Shown: positions 9,713 through 19,459, counted from the stretch's first letter. The stretch is 64,000 nucleotides of DNA from Acidobacteriota bacterium (GCA_019244185.1 JAFATB010000006.1:384001-448000); one strand, 5' to 3'. Notes: a model not told the origin generated them from the letters alone. Made by a program: numbers and translations.

Positions 9713-10321
9713 ATGGGAAACGAAGTTCTCTGCCGCGTCGAGGTTGACGACACGTTTGCAGATGCGAAGGCGCTGCTCGAAACGGATGAGCTGATCTTCC
9801 GCGGCGGCCTCAAGCTGCGCGTGCCTTTCCGCGAGATGCAAAACGTTTCGGCGCGCGACGGCGTGCTGCAGTTGCAGTGGCACGCGCGGTCGATTCGCGT
9901 CCATGCCGGTGCCGAGGCGGAGAAGTGGGCCGAGAAAATTCGGAACCCGAAGAGCGTCGCGGACAAGCTCGGCATCAAGCGCGGCCAGCTCATCTCCATC
10001 AGCGGCACGCTCGACGCGGCGTTCCTCGACGACCTCCGCGCGCGCGGCGCCGACGTCTCGTCGCGCATCCGCGCGAACAGCGACGTCATCTTCGTCGCCG
10101 CGAACACGCGCAAGGACCTCGGCAAGCTCGCGAAACTGCGTCCGTCGCTCGCGCCCGCGGGCGCGCTCTGGGTCATCCGGCCGAAGGGAATCGACGCGAT
10201 CACCGAGTCCGATGTCATGGCTGCCGGACAGGCTGTAGGACTCGTCGACGTGAAGGTCGTCCGCTTTTCCGACACGCTCACTGCGGAGAAGTTTGTCATC
10301 CGTCTGAAGGATCGGGCGTAA
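9713..10321 (+). CDS. Hypothetical protein, C-terminal half DUF3052-like
   Basis: KLGIK.G, GALWVIRPKG, GLVDVKV pattern. Confidence 0.7.
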   Translation: MGNEVLCRVEVDDTFADAKALLETDELIFRGGLKLRVPFREMQNVSARDGVLQLQWHARSIRVHAGAEAEKWAEKIRNPKSVADKLGIKRGQLISISGTLDAAFLDDLRARGADVSSRIRANSDVIFVAANTRKDLGKLAKLRPSLAPAGALWVIRPKGIDAITESDVMAAGQAVGLVDVKVVRFSDTLTAEKFVIRLKDRA

Positions 10322-10392
10322 CCGAAACGTGACCGAAATTCTTTTGCCTGTAGAGGGTAGGGATTTCGGTACATAAGTCACTCCTAGGCAGA

Positions 10393-10620
10393 GTGACGTA
10401 CAAGGCCACCGTGTTCGACGCAATGACCGCTGTTCACCTCCCCATGTCGGAGCGCGTGCTCGACAAGCTCGCGGACATCCTCTTCGCCACCGACGAGATC
10501 CTCGACATGCTGCATGTCGATGAAGACCGCGTCCCCGACGACACCTCCGTCGTCGTCGAGGCGTCGGTCAAGCATGTCTACGATCAGGTCAACGAGCTGA
10601 TGAAGAAGCTCACCGACTGA
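10393..10620 (+). CDS. Small acidic hypothetical protein (75 aa)
   Basis: GC3-biased codon usage; fills an intergenic gap; predicted helical. Confidence 0.7.
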   Translation: MTYKATVFDAMTAVHLPMSERVLDKLADILFATDEILDMLHVDEDRVPDDTSVVVEASVKHVYDQVNELMKKLTD

Positions 10621-10646
10621 GGGACGTTGATTTTCTCAGCTGCCTC

Positions 10647-10688
10647 TTGACTGGCAGAACTTCGTGACTTAACTTAACAACGTTAAGT
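10647..10688 (+). promoter_or_regulatory. Sigma70-like promoter with overlapping palindromic (TetR) operator
   Basis: TTGACT (10647-10652), N17, TAACTT (10670-10675); palindrome ACTTAAC-aac-GTTAAGT at 10672-10688. Confidence 0.75.
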
Positions 10689-10701
10689 AACGGAGGACTG
10701 T

Positions 10702-11340
10702 TTGGGACCAAGAGAACGCAGGGAACGCGAGCGTGAGGAAATTCGGACGAAAATCCTCGACGCCGCACGCGAGCTCTTCGCCAGCGAAGGCGTCGAGTCC
10801 GTCACGATGCGCCGCATCGCCGATCGCATCGAGTACTCCCCCACCGCCATCTACTTTCACTTCCGCGACAAAGACGCGCTGCTCGCCGAGCTCTGCGATC
10901 ACGACTTCCGTGAGTTCGCGCATCAGTTCACCGCCCTCGCCGCGATCGCCGATCCGCTCGAGCGCCTCCGCGCGGTCGGCCACGCCTACATCGACTTCGG
11001 CTTCCGCAACCGCAGCCATTACCGGCTGATGTTCATGACGCCGCGCGCGAACGCGTCGCGCGACTCGCAGCTCGCGAAAGGCAATCCCGAGGAAGACGCG
11101 TACGCGTTCGTGAAGAGCATCCTCGTCGAGGCCATCGCGGCGAAGCGGCTGCGCGCGGAGCTCACCGACGCGGATCTCCTCACGCAGGTGATCTGGTCGG
11201 GCGTACACGGCGTGATCTCGCTCGAGATCGCGAAAGCATCGGACGAATGGGTCGAGTGGCGTCCGATCGCGGAGCGCGCGAAGCTCGCCATCGACATGAT
11301 GGTGCGCGGCATCACGTGCGGCGTGGCGAAGGAGCAGTGA
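10702..11340 (+). CDS. TetR/AcrR family transcriptional regulator
   Basis: ILDAARELF...TMRRIA..IEYSPTAIYFHF HTH; SD GGAGG before the TTG start. Confidence 0.93.
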   Translation: MGPRERREREREEIRTKILDAARELFASEGVESVTMRRIADRIEYSPTAIYFHFRDKDALLAELCDHDFREFAHQFTALAAIADPLERLRAVGHAYIDFGFRNRSHYRLMFMTPRANASRDSQLAKGNPEEDAYAFVKSILVEAIAAKRLRAELTDADLLTQVIWSGVHGVISLEIAKASDEWVEWRPIAERAKLAIDMMVRGITCGVAKEQ

Positions 11341-12470
11341 TGGCCGTCGATCTCGCAACGAAGACGCTGCTGCACGACAAGCTACGTTTCTTCATCACCG
11401 TCTCCGGCGTCGCCTTCGCCGTCACGCTCGTCTTCGTGCAGGTCGGCCTCTTCCTCGGCCTGATGTCGAACGCGTCGCTGACGATCGATCAGATCGACGC
11501 CGATCTCTGGGTGACGTCGCACAACACCGCGAACGTCGACTTCGCGCATACGTTCCCGGAGACGTACGTGAAGCGCGTGCGCTCGACGCCGGGCGTCGCG
11601 CGCGCGGACAACCTCATCGTCTGGTTCATGAACGTGAGCCTGCCGAACGGCGCGGTCGAAGGCACCGAGGCGTACGCGCTCGAGCATTGGGGCGCGTGGA
11701 ACTTTCCTCGGAACGTCGTCGACGGGAACCTCGAGGATCTGCGCCGCGGTCCGTACGTCGTCATCGACGACTCGGCGAAGAAGCGCTGGGGCGCGTTTGC
11801 CGTCGGCGAGTATCGCGAAGTCCTCGGCCGGCGCCTGAAGATCATCGGCCGCACCGTCGACGCGAAGTCGTTCACCACGACGCCGCTCACGTTCATGGAC
11901 TTCCAGCTCGCGCAGAGCCTCAGCGAGAGCACGCTGCGCGGCAATACGACGTACATCCTCGTGAAGCTCGCGCCCGGCGCCGATGTCGAGTCGGTACGCG
12001 CGGAGCTGCAGCGGCGGCTTCCGTACAACGACGTCTTCACGCGCGGCGAATGGGCGTCGCGCTCGCGCGCGTACTGGATCGAGTCGACGGGACTCGGCCT
12101 GAACATGTACATCACCGTCTTCCTCGGCTGTCTCGTCGGGATCGTGGTCGTCGCGCAGACGCTCTACACCTCGACGATGGAGCACATCCGCGAGTTCGGC
12201 ACGGTGAAGGCGATCGGCGGCGGCAACGCGGAGATCTACGCGATTCTCGGCAAACAGGCCACGATTGCCGCGGTGGCCGGCTTCGCGCTCGGCGCGCTGC
12301 AGGCGTTCGCGCTGCGGCCGGTGATGGCGAAGATCGATCTGAAGCTGATCATCCCGACCTCGCTCTACGTCGCGGTGCTCGCGGGCGCGATCGCGCTCTG
12401 TCTCGGCGCCGCGATGATCTCGTTCCGCAAAGTCGCGCGCATCGATCCCGCGCTCGTGTTCAGAACGTGA
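11340..12470 (+). CDS. ABC transporter permease (MacB/FtsX, DevC-like)
   Basis: N-terminal TM, large periplasmic loop, REFGTVKAIG, RIDPALVFR. Confidence 0.9.
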   Translation: MAVDLATKTLLHDKLRFFITVSGVAFAVTLVFVQVGLFLGLMSNASLTIDQIDADLWVTSHNTANVDFAHTFPETYVKRVRSTPGVARADNLIVWFMNVSLPNGAVEGTEAYALEHWGAWNFPRNVVDGNLEDLRRGPYVVIDDSAKKRWGAFAVGEYREVLGRRLKIIGRTVDAKSFTTTPLTFMDFQLAQSLSESTLRGNTTYILVKLAPGADVESVRAELQRRLPYNDVFTRGEWASRSRAYWIESTGLGLNMYITVFLGCLVGIVVVAQTLYTSTMEHIREFGTVKAIGGGNAEIYAILGKQATIAAVAGFALGALQAFALRPVMAKIDLKLIIPTSLYVAVLAGAIALCLGAAMISFRKVARIDPALVFRT

Positions 12471-12478
12471 GGCCTGCC

Positions 12479-13138
12479 ATGTCCATCCTGCAAACACGCG
12501 GCGTGAAGAAGCACTTCACCGAAGGCCGCGAGACCGTGACCGTGCTCAAAGGCATCGACTTCGACGTCGATCGCGGCGAGATCGTCGCGCTCGAAGGTCC
12601 GTCAGGCTCCGGCAAGACGACGTTCCTCTCGATCCTCGGCTGCATCCTCGCGCCGTCGAGCGGCGAGGTCGTGGTCGACGGCAAGCCCGCGGATGAAAAG
12701 CATCTCGCGCGCATCCGCCGCCAGTCGCTCGGCTTCGTGTTCCAGCAGTTCAATCTCTTCCCCGCGCTCACCGCGGTCGAGAACGTCGAATACGCGCTCA
12801 ACGTGAAAGGCGTCCGCGGCGGCAACGCGCGCACGGAAGCGGAGCGCGTCATCGACGCGGTGGGCCTCGGCGCGCGCAAGCACTTCCTGCCGCGCGATCT
12901 GTCGGGCGGGCAGAAGCAGCGCGTCGCGATCGCGCGCGCGCTCGCCGGCAACGCGCCGATCCTTCTCGCGGACGAACCGACCGCGAACCTCGACTCGCAG
13001 TCCGGCACGCAGATCCTCGAGCTGTTCCGCGCGCTCGCCAAACAGGAAGAGCGCGCGCTCGTCATCGTCACGCACGACCCGAAGGTCCGCGGCATCGCGG
13101 ATCGCGTGGTCCACATTCAAGACGGAGCATTGGTATGA
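12479..13138 (+). CDS. ABC transporter ATP-binding protein
   Basis: GPSGSGKTT, LSGGQKQRVAIARAL, LADEPT, VTHD. Confidence 0.95.
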   Translation: MSILQTRGVKKHFTEGRETVTVLKGIDFDVDRGEIVALEGPSGSGKTTFLSILGCILAPSSGEVVVDGKPADEKHLARIRRQSLGFVFQQFNLFPALTAVENVEYALNVKGVRGGNARTEAERVIDAVGLGARKHFLPRDLSGGQKQRVAIARALAGNAPILLADEPTANLDSQSGTQILELFRALAKQEERALVIVTHDPKVRGIADRVVHIQDGALV

Positions 13139-14001
13139 ATCGCCTGCTATATCCGATCCTCGGCATCCTCATCGTCATCGCCACCGTCGCGCAGGTCAGC
13201 GCGACCCGTGCGCCGCGCACGCCGAAGCCGCGGTCCGCAGCGCTCGCGAAAGAACCGGCGCGCATCGTCGCCGAAGGACGCGTCGTCGCGTATCCCGGCG
13301 CGGAAGTCGTCGTCGGCAGCGACGTCGCGGGGACGATCGCGACGCTGAACGTCGACGAGAAAGATCACGTGCACGCGGGCGACGTCCTCGCGATCGTGAA
13401 GGCGGACGACACGCGCGCCGCGCTCGCGGAGAGCCGCGCGCGCGTCGTCGAAGCGGACGCGGACATCCGCCTCTTCCAGGCTGACGCCGAACGCGCGCGC
13501 AGCCTCTGGCAGCAGGACGTCGGCGCGAAGCAGGCGGTCGACAAAGCAGAGCGCGACGTCGAGGCCGCGCGTGCGCGGCGCGCGTCGGCGACCGCGGAAG
13601 TGCGGCGGCTCGAAGCGCTCGTCGGCAAGACCGTCATCACCGCGCCGATCGACGGCGTCGTCATCGCGCGGCACGTGCATCCGGGCGAGACCATCGCCGA
13701 AGGCGCGAACATCGTCACGATCGCCGACCTGCGGCGCACGCGCGTGGAAGCGGAAGTCGACGAGTTCGATGCGGCGCGCGTGCGCGGCGGCGCGAACGCG
13801 ACGATTCTCGCGGAGGGCTACGACCGCAACTGGCGCGGCGCCATCGAGGAGATCCCCGACTCGGTCGTCAATCGCCGCATCAAGCCGCAGGATCCGTCGA
13901 AGCCGATCGACACGCGCGTACTGCTCGTGAAGATCGCGTTCGCGGAGCCGACGCCGCTCAAGCTCGGGCAGCGCGTCGAGGTGCGCATCGACGGACAGTA
14001 G
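13135..14001 (+). CDS. Efflux periplasmic adaptor (HlyD/RND membrane fusion protein)
   Basis: N-terminal TM, lipoyl-like halves flanking a coiled coil, ITAPIDGVV. Confidence 0.9.
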   Translation: MNRLLYPILGILIVIATVAQVSATRAPRTPKPRSAALAKEPARIVAEGRVVAYPGAEVVVGSDVAGTIATLNVDEKDHVHAGDVLAIVKADDTRAALAESRARVVEADADIRLFQADAERARSLWQQDVGAKQAVDKAERDVEAARARRASATAEVRRLEALVGKTVITAPIDGVVIARHVHPGETIAEGANIVTIADLRRTRVEAEVDEFDAARVRGGANATILAEGYDRNWRGAIEEIPDSVVNRRIKPQDPSKPIDTRVLLVKIAFAEPTPLKLGQRVEVRIDGQ

Positions 14002-14035
14002 CGCGCGCGGCGCACGAACGTTATTCTGCGCAACG

Positions 14036-14863
14036 GTGAATCCGCTCGCGCTGGTCGTGGAGAACGACGCGAATACCCGGCGGCTGCTGGAAGTGCTGCT
14101 GACGCGGTTCGGCTTCGACGTCGACCCCGTCGGCAACGGCGCGGACGCGCTTCTGCTGTTGCCGCGGATCGACTACGACGCGACCTTTCTCGACCTCGCG
14201 CTGCCCGGCGCGAGCGGCCACGAGCTGATCGAGCGTCTCGCGGCGCGGCGCCCCGAGGCGCTCGAACGCGTGGCGGTGGTGTCGTCGGCGTCGAAGGCGG
14301 AGCTCGAGCGCGTGCGCAGACAATGGCCGGGCGTGCGCACGATCCGCAAGCCGTTCGAGCTCGGCGAGATCGTGGCGACGGCGCAGGAGATCACCTCCGG
14401 CCGCACGCGCGACGCGGGAACTCCGGACGAGTTGTTCACGCGACGCTCGATCGCCCTCGGCGCGAAGGCGGGCGTGGTCGCGCTGCGCGAGGGCGACGTG
14501 CTGCAGCCGGTGGCGACGTTCGGCGTCTCACAGGAAGATCTGGTCACGTTCGCGGAGATCCGTGTCGACGATCCGTATCCGCTCTCGATCGCCGCGCGCG
14601 ACGTGCGGCCGGTGTGGCTGACGTCGTTCGCGGCGGCGGCCGAGGCGTATCCCGATCTCGCGCCGCTGTGGCAGCGCAACGACAGTCGCGCGTTCGCGGC
14701 GGTGCCGCTCCTCCGCGACGGCCGTCTCGTCGGCGCGGCCGGCTGGGCATTCCGCGAGCCGCATCTGTTCGCTGAGCCGGAGCAGCGCGCGTTCCTCGAA
14801 TTCAGCGAGCTCGTCGCCCGAAACTTCGACCGCGCGCAATCCGCCGGCGCCACTGGCGCGTAG
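14036..14863 (+). CDS. Response regulator receiver + GAF domain protein
   Basis: LVVEND, FLDLALPG, KPF receiver motifs; C-terminal AAVPL..DGRLVG GAF pattern. Confidence 0.8.
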   Translation: MNPLALVVENDANTRRLLEVLLTRFGFDVDPVGNGADALLLLPRIDYDATFLDLALPGASGHELIERLAARRPEALERVAVVSSASKAELERVRRQWPGVRTIRKPFELGEIVATAQEITSGRTRDAGTPDELFTRRSIALGAKAGVVALREGDVLQPVATFGVSQEDLVTFAEIRVDDPYPLSIAARDVRPVWLTSFAAAAEAYPDLAPLWQRNDSRAFAAVPLLRDGRLVGAAGWAFREPHLFAEPEQRAFLEFSELVARNFDRAQSAGATGA

Positions 14864-14870
14864 CGAGTGC

Positions 14871-15956
14871 GTGGACGCGCGGATCGCGCAGCTCGAGATC
14901 CTCAATGAAGTGGCGCGGATCGCGACGCTCGATCTCGAGCTGCGCCCGATGCTGCAGCGCATCACCGACGCGCTCGCGCGCAAGTTCGATTGGGAGTTCG
15001 TCGCGCTCATAACCATCGACGAGAAGCGCGAGACGTTCGTCTGCCAGGCGGTGACGACCGCCGTCGCCACCGACATCCACGCCGGCTACATGCGCTCCCT
15101 CGGCAGCGGCATCGTCGGCCAGGTCGCCGCGACGGGAAAGCCGGTGCTCGTCGACGATGTGCGAACGTTCCCGAATTACATCGAGACGATGGAAGGCGCG
15201 CGCTCCGAGCTCTGCGTGCCGGTGCATCATCACGGCCGCCTCGTCGCCGTGCTGAATCTCGAGAGCACGCGGCTCGCGGCGTTTCGCAACAAGCTCTCGC
15301 TGCTCGAAACGGTGGCCGATCAGCTCGCGGGTGCGATCGCGAGCGCGCAGCTCATCGACGCGTTGCGCGCGACGCAGTCGCAGCTCGAACAGAAAACGCG
15401 CGACCTCGAAGCGGCGAACGAGCATCTCGCGACGGCCATCGAGACGCTGCATCGCATTTCCACGCAGGACGGGCTCACCGGCGTCGCGAACCGCCGCCAC
15501 TTCGACGAGACGCTCGCCGTCGAATGGCGCCGCGCCGCGCGCAGCCGCGCCGCGTTGTCGCTCCTCATGATCGACATCGACTACTTCAAGCGCTTCAACG
15601 ACGCGTCGGGACATCAGGCCGGCGACGACTGCCTGCGGCGGGTCGCGCGCTGCGTCCAGGACGCGGTGCATCGCGCCGCCGATCTCGTCGCGCGTTACGG
15701 CGGCGAAGAGTTCGCGGTGCTGCTGCCCGATACCGACGCGGAGCGCGCCATTCACGTCGCGGAGACGATCCGCTCGCGCGTCGAGTCGCTGAACCTCGAG
15801 CATCCCGACGCGCCGTGCGGCCACGTCACGATCAGCATCGGACTCGCGACCGCGGTTCCTCCGCGCGACGGCGCGAACATGGGCGACTTCATCCGCTGCG
15901 CCGACAGCGCGCTCTACGACGCGAAACGCACCGGCCGAAACAAAGTCGCGTCGTGA
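14871..15956 (+). CDS. GAF-sensor diguanylate cyclase
   Basis: GAF domain (SELCVPV), DGLTGVANRR, DIDYFKRFND, RxxD I-site, RYGGEEF. Confidence 0.95.
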   Translation: MDARIAQLEILNEVARIATLDLELRPMLQRITDALARKFDWEFVALITIDEKRETFVCQAVTTAVATDIHAGYMRSLGSGIVGQVAATGKPVLVDDVRTFPNYIETMEGARSELCVPVHHHGRLVAVLNLESTRLAAFRNKLSLLETVADQLAGAIASAQLIDALRATQSQLEQKTRDLEAANEHLATAIETLHRISTQDGLTGVANRRHFDETLAVEWRRAARSRAALSLLMIDIDYFKRFNDASGHQAGDDCLRRVARCVQDAVHRAADLVARYGGEEFAVLLPDTDAERAIHVAETIRSRVESLNLEHPDAPCGHVTISIGLATAVPPRDGANMGDFIRCADSALYDAKRTGRNKVAS

Positions 15957-15963
15957 GTGCGCG

Positions 15964-17361
15964 TCAGAGCGGCGGCCGGCGTTTGTGCGCATCGCTGTGC
16001 GACTGAAAGAGATTCGCCGCCGCGAGCACCGCGTTGTCGTCGAGCGCGCGGCCGACGAACTGAATGCCCGCGGGCAGCTTCTTCGACGTGAAGCCGGACG
16101 GCACGCTCATCCCCGGCAGGCCGCAGAAGTTGCCGATGCCGCCGAGAGGATCGGCGAACGAGAGATCGGTCTCGAGGTTCGTCTCCATCGGCGTCGCCGC
16201 GAGCGGCAGCGTGGCCGCGGCCAGCACATCGATCTTGTCGAAGAGGAAATCCACCTTCTCCTGCAGCACGCTGCGCAGCCGCTGCGCGCGGACGTAGTCG
16301 GCGCCGTTGACGGTGCGGTTCACATAGCCACCGATGCGGCTGCCGGGATCGTCGAGCTCCGCGACGCGTACCGACTCGATGAGCTCATCGAACGCGGTCG
16401 CGCATTCGACGGAGATCGTCACGCCTGCCGCGACTTCCCAGGGACCTTCCGGCAGCGCGACGTCGACGATCGTCGCGCCGGCGCGGCGCAGCGTGTCGAA
16501 CGCGGCGTCGGTGATGCGCGCGATCTCCGGCTGCACGCTCGTCCACGCGTTCGTCAGGCGTCCGATGCGCAGCGGCTTGCGCGGCTCGCGCACGTAGCCG
16601 AAACGGGCGTCGTCATCGGGCAATGAATGCTTGTCGCTCTTGTCGTGACCCGCGAGCGCGACGAGGATGAAGCCGCAGTCGTCGGCGCTGCGCGCCATCG
16701 GTCCGAGCTTGTCCATCGAGTACGAGAGCGCCATCGCGCCGCTGCGTCCGACGCGGCCGAACGTCGGGCGCAAACCGGAGATGCCGCAGTACGCGGACGG
16801 GCAGAGGATCGAGCCCCACGTCTCGCTGCCGATGGCGAATGCCGCGAGCGCGCCGGCGACGATCGCGCCGGAGCCGCTCGACGAGCCGCACGTCCAACAC
16901 GTCTCGTTCCACGGATTCTTCGCGCCGCCGGTGAGCGAGGCCGTACCGTAGCGATAGCCCATGCCGCCGGCGAGCTCGATCATCGCCGCCTTGCCGAGCA
17001 GCACCGCGCCCGCTTCGCGCAGATGACGGATCACGTTCGCGTCGGAATCGAACTGCTGCTTCGCGTACGGACGCGCGCCCCACGTCGTCGGTGCGCCGGC
17101 CGCCGCGAGGAGATCCTTCGCCGCGTACGGAATCCCGTGCAGCGGTCCGCGATACTTGCCCGCGCCGATCTCCTTCTCCGCCTCCCGCGCCTCGCGCAGC
17201 GCGCGTTCACGCAGGATCGTGACGTACGCGTTGAGCCGCGGTCCGAGTTTCTCGCTGCGCGCGAGATACGCCTCGGTCAGCTCGACCGGCGAGAGCGCAT
17301 GCGACTTGATGCGCGCCGCGAGCTCGACGACCGGAAGATAGAGAACGTCTTCGCCGATCAT
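15964..17361 (-). CDS. Amidase signature family enzyme (GatA/AtzE-like)
   Basis: GPLHGIPYAAKD, GSSSGS, GSETWGSILCP; no signal peptide. Confidence 0.93.
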   Translation of the reverse strand: MIGEDVLYLPVVELAARIKSHALSPVELTEAYLARSEKLGPRLNAYVTILRERALREAREAEKEIGAGKYRGPLHGIPYAAKDLLAAAGAPTTWGARPYAKQQFDSDANVIRHLREAGAVLLGKAAMIELAGGMGYRYGTASLTGGAKNPWNETCWTCGSSSGSGAIVAGALAAFAIGSETWGSILCPSAYCGISGLRPTFGRVGRSGAMALSYSMDKLGPMARSADDCGFILVALAGHDKSDKHSLPDDDARFGYVREPRKPLRIGRLTNAWTSVQPEIARITDAAFDTLRRAGATIVDVALPEGPWEVAAGVTISVECATAFDELIESVRVAELDDPGSRIGGYVNRTVNGADYVRAQRLRSVLQEKVDFLFDKIDVLAAATLPLAATPMETNLETDLSFADPLGGIGNFCGLPGMSVPSGFTSKKLPAGIQFVGRALDDNAVLAAANLFQSHSDAHKRRPPL

Positions 17362-17681
17362 GACTGTTTCTTCGTTTCGGTCAGCTTCGCGGGACGCCGT
17401 CTGCGGTAGATGCGAAAGAGCGTCGCCGGCTCGACGGAGTTGTCGAGCGGATACGCGCGCATCGCATCGAGTCCCGGCTGCGCGCCGCTGACGAGACGGC
17501 GGATGTCGGCGCGCTGCGTTTCATCGAGACGATCGCCGTACTTGCCGAGGATCCACGCGATGCGCGCTTCGACCTCGGCATTCGGCTTCGCCGCTTCCTG
17601 CGCCGTCGCGGTGACACGCGGCGTGAATGCGGCCGCGGCGCCGCCGGCGACGATCGCGAACTCGCGGCGCGAGAGTTTCAT
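17358..17681 (-). CDS. Small Tat-signal protein coupled to the amidase (GatC/AtzG-like partner)
   Basis: MKLSRREF twin-arginine motif; C-terminal MRAYPLDNSVEPATLF; 4-bp overlaps with both neighbours. Confidence 0.75.
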   Translation of the reverse strand: MKLSRREFAIVAGGAAAAFTPRVTATAQEAAKPNAEVEARIAWILGKYGDRLDETQRADIRRLVSGAQPGLDAMRAYPLDNSVEPATLFRIYRRRRPAKLTETKKQS

Positions 17682-18421
17682 CGGCGGCCCCTCCCGTGAA
17701 AGCCGCGCGCGGGCGGCGCCGCCGGCTGCGGCATCTCGCCGCGGCGGCGTCCGTTCGCGGGACGTTCTTCTTCCATCGGCGGCACGACTTCGACGCCGCG
17801 CTCGCCGCGACGTCCCGCACCGCCGCGACGCGCTTTCTCGAGCGTCATCAGGAACCCGAACGCGGGATCTTTGAACTGCAGATGCCGCAGCATGTGCCAG
17901 TGCTTGCGCACGTACTCCTGCAGATATTGCAGCACGTGGCCGAGGCTTATGATGCGGCACGGCGGCACCTGCGAGCCGGGCGGGAACGAGCCGAACGCGA
18001 TGAGGCGCACGTTGTACGCGGGCGGGATCTCCGCGTTGCCGGTGCGCAGCAGTTCTTCGACGATGCCGTCGGAGTCGCCGACTTCGCCGAAGCGGTTGAT
18101 GACCGTCTTCAGCACTTCCGGATCGCGGATGCCGGTGTTGATGCCAACGCGTCCTTCCTTCACCTCGCCGATGATCATGTCGATCGCGTCCTGCGGCACG
18201 GCCAGGCCTTCGTCGAGCATGTTCACGTCGAGGCCTTTCGGCGACTTGCGTCCGCGTCCCGCGAGCGGCGCGCCGGACGGAAAGCGGAACGCGAGGATGT
18301 CGATGTCGGTGATGGTGCGGAACCCGTTGCGCGCGGTGCCCGCCATGATCGGGTATTCGGCCGAGGTGAAGTAACCGTTCAGTTGGAGATACGCCTGCAC
18401 CAGTGCGACGGCATGATCCAT
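17678..18421 (-). CDS. Conserved hypothetical protein with a PD-(D/E)XK-like motif
   Basis: YL..NGY, TDIDILA, IGEVKEG pattern. Confidence 0.7.
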   Translation of the reverse strand: MDHAVALVQAYLQLNGYFTSAEYPIMAGTARNGFRTITDIDILAFRFPSGAPLAGRGRKSPKGLDVNMLDEGLAVPQDAIDMIIGEVKEGRVGINTGIRDPEVLKTVINRFGEVGDSDGIVEELLRTGNAEIPPAYNVRLIAFGSFPPGSQVPPCRIISLGHVLQYLQEYVRKHWHMLRHLQFKDPAFGFLMTLEKARRGGAGRRGERGVEVVPPMEEERPANGRRRGEMPQPAAPPARGFHGRGRR

Positions 18422-18448
18422 AGAGTGCACATGGTAGCGTGCACGTGC

Positions 18449-19375
18449 CTATTTGCGCTCGACGGAGAGGCTGGTGCCGGTGAGCGCGCCGCGTCCCGGC
18501 TCGTCGAACCACGCGCGCGCGGCCGCGTCATTGCGCAGGTACGCGTCGAGAAACGCAAGCGTGATCGCGACGATCTCGTCGTGACGTTCATCCGTCGCAT
18601 TCGAGAACGTGTTGTGCGTGACGTGCGCGAGCGTGACGAGATACTGCCGCGTCGCGTGCGTCGACTCGAACGGAATGCGGCGATGCTTCGGGAACGTGCG
18701 GTAGATGAGGCTGGTGTCGCACGTGCCGGTGAGATTGAGCAGCGGAATCGCGATCGAGTCGTAGCCGTCCGGCGCGACGACGCCGTCCATGCGCGGCATC
18801 GACATCGCCACGGCGACCTTCACGCGCGGATCGCGCAGCACGCCGCCGTCGGCGAAGCGGATGCCCGCGAGCGCGAACGCGGTGAACGCGCCGGCGGAGT
18901 GTCCGGCGATCGCGACGCGGGCCAGGTCGGCGTCGTCGCGTGACGCGAGCTGGTCGAGCGCGAAGCTGACGTCGAGCGGGCGGTTGATCCAGTTGATCTT
19001 CTCTTTCACCGCGCGATAGAGAAAGCGATAACCGCGCTCGAGCACCGCGCGGTCGGTGCCGGCGTGCGTCACGTGCACGGCGAGGTAGCCGTGTTGCGCG
19101 AGCGCGCGCCCGAGGTACGCGTACGAATCGCGGTCTTCGCCGATGCCGTGCGAGAAGACGACGACCGGCAGCTTCGCGTGCGCCGCGGCGGGCGCGTAGA
19201 TCGTGACGGGTACGTCGCGATCGCGCTTCGCGTCGTGCCACGACTCGCGCGTGACGCGCACGTCCGCATTCGACGCCGCGCGCGAAGGAAACGGCACGCG
19301 TTTCTCCGCGAGCTTCGGCAACGATGAACAGCAGGCGCCGGCGAAGAGCGCGGAAACGAGAAGCGCGAGACGCAT
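18449..19375 (-). CDS. Alpha/beta hydrolase lipoprotein (PAF-AH/chlorophyllase-like)
   Basis: PVVVFSHG, GHSAG nucleophile, DPRVKVAV; lipobox-like N-terminus. Confidence 0.85.
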   Translation of the reverse strand: MRLALLVSALFAGACCSSLPKLAEKRVPFPSRAASNADVRVTRESWHDAKRDRDVPVTIYAPAAAHAKLPVVVFSHGIGEDRDSYAYLGRALAQHGYLAVHVTHAGTDRAVLERGYRFLYRAVKEKINWINRPLDVSFALDQLASRDDADLARVAIAGHSAGAFTAFALAGIRFADGGVLRDPRVKVAVAMSMPRMDGVVAPDGYDSIAIPLLNLTGTCDTSLIYRTFPKHRRIPFESTHATRQYLVTLAHVTHNTFSNATDERHDEIVAITLAFLDAYLRNDAAARAWFDEPGRGALTGTSLSVERK

Positions 19376-19459
19376 CGTGCGTCTCGCGCTTGCGAAATCA
19401 GTTCCGCGCGCGCAACTGCGGAACGCGCGCCGGCGTATGGAGACGCGAAGGAGTACGTC

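Noticed and set aside
8006-10423. Long N-terminal extensions in the ORF track (M28 805 aa, GlnS 989 aa, radical SAM 638 aa, ADH 744 aa) that suggest fusions
   Set aside because: The extensions overlap neighbouring real genes; motif-supported starts lie downstream
15964-17361. Calling the amidase gatA
   Set aside because: No gatB nearby, the partner carries a Tat signal, and the signature residues differ (GSETWGS); kept as a generic amidase
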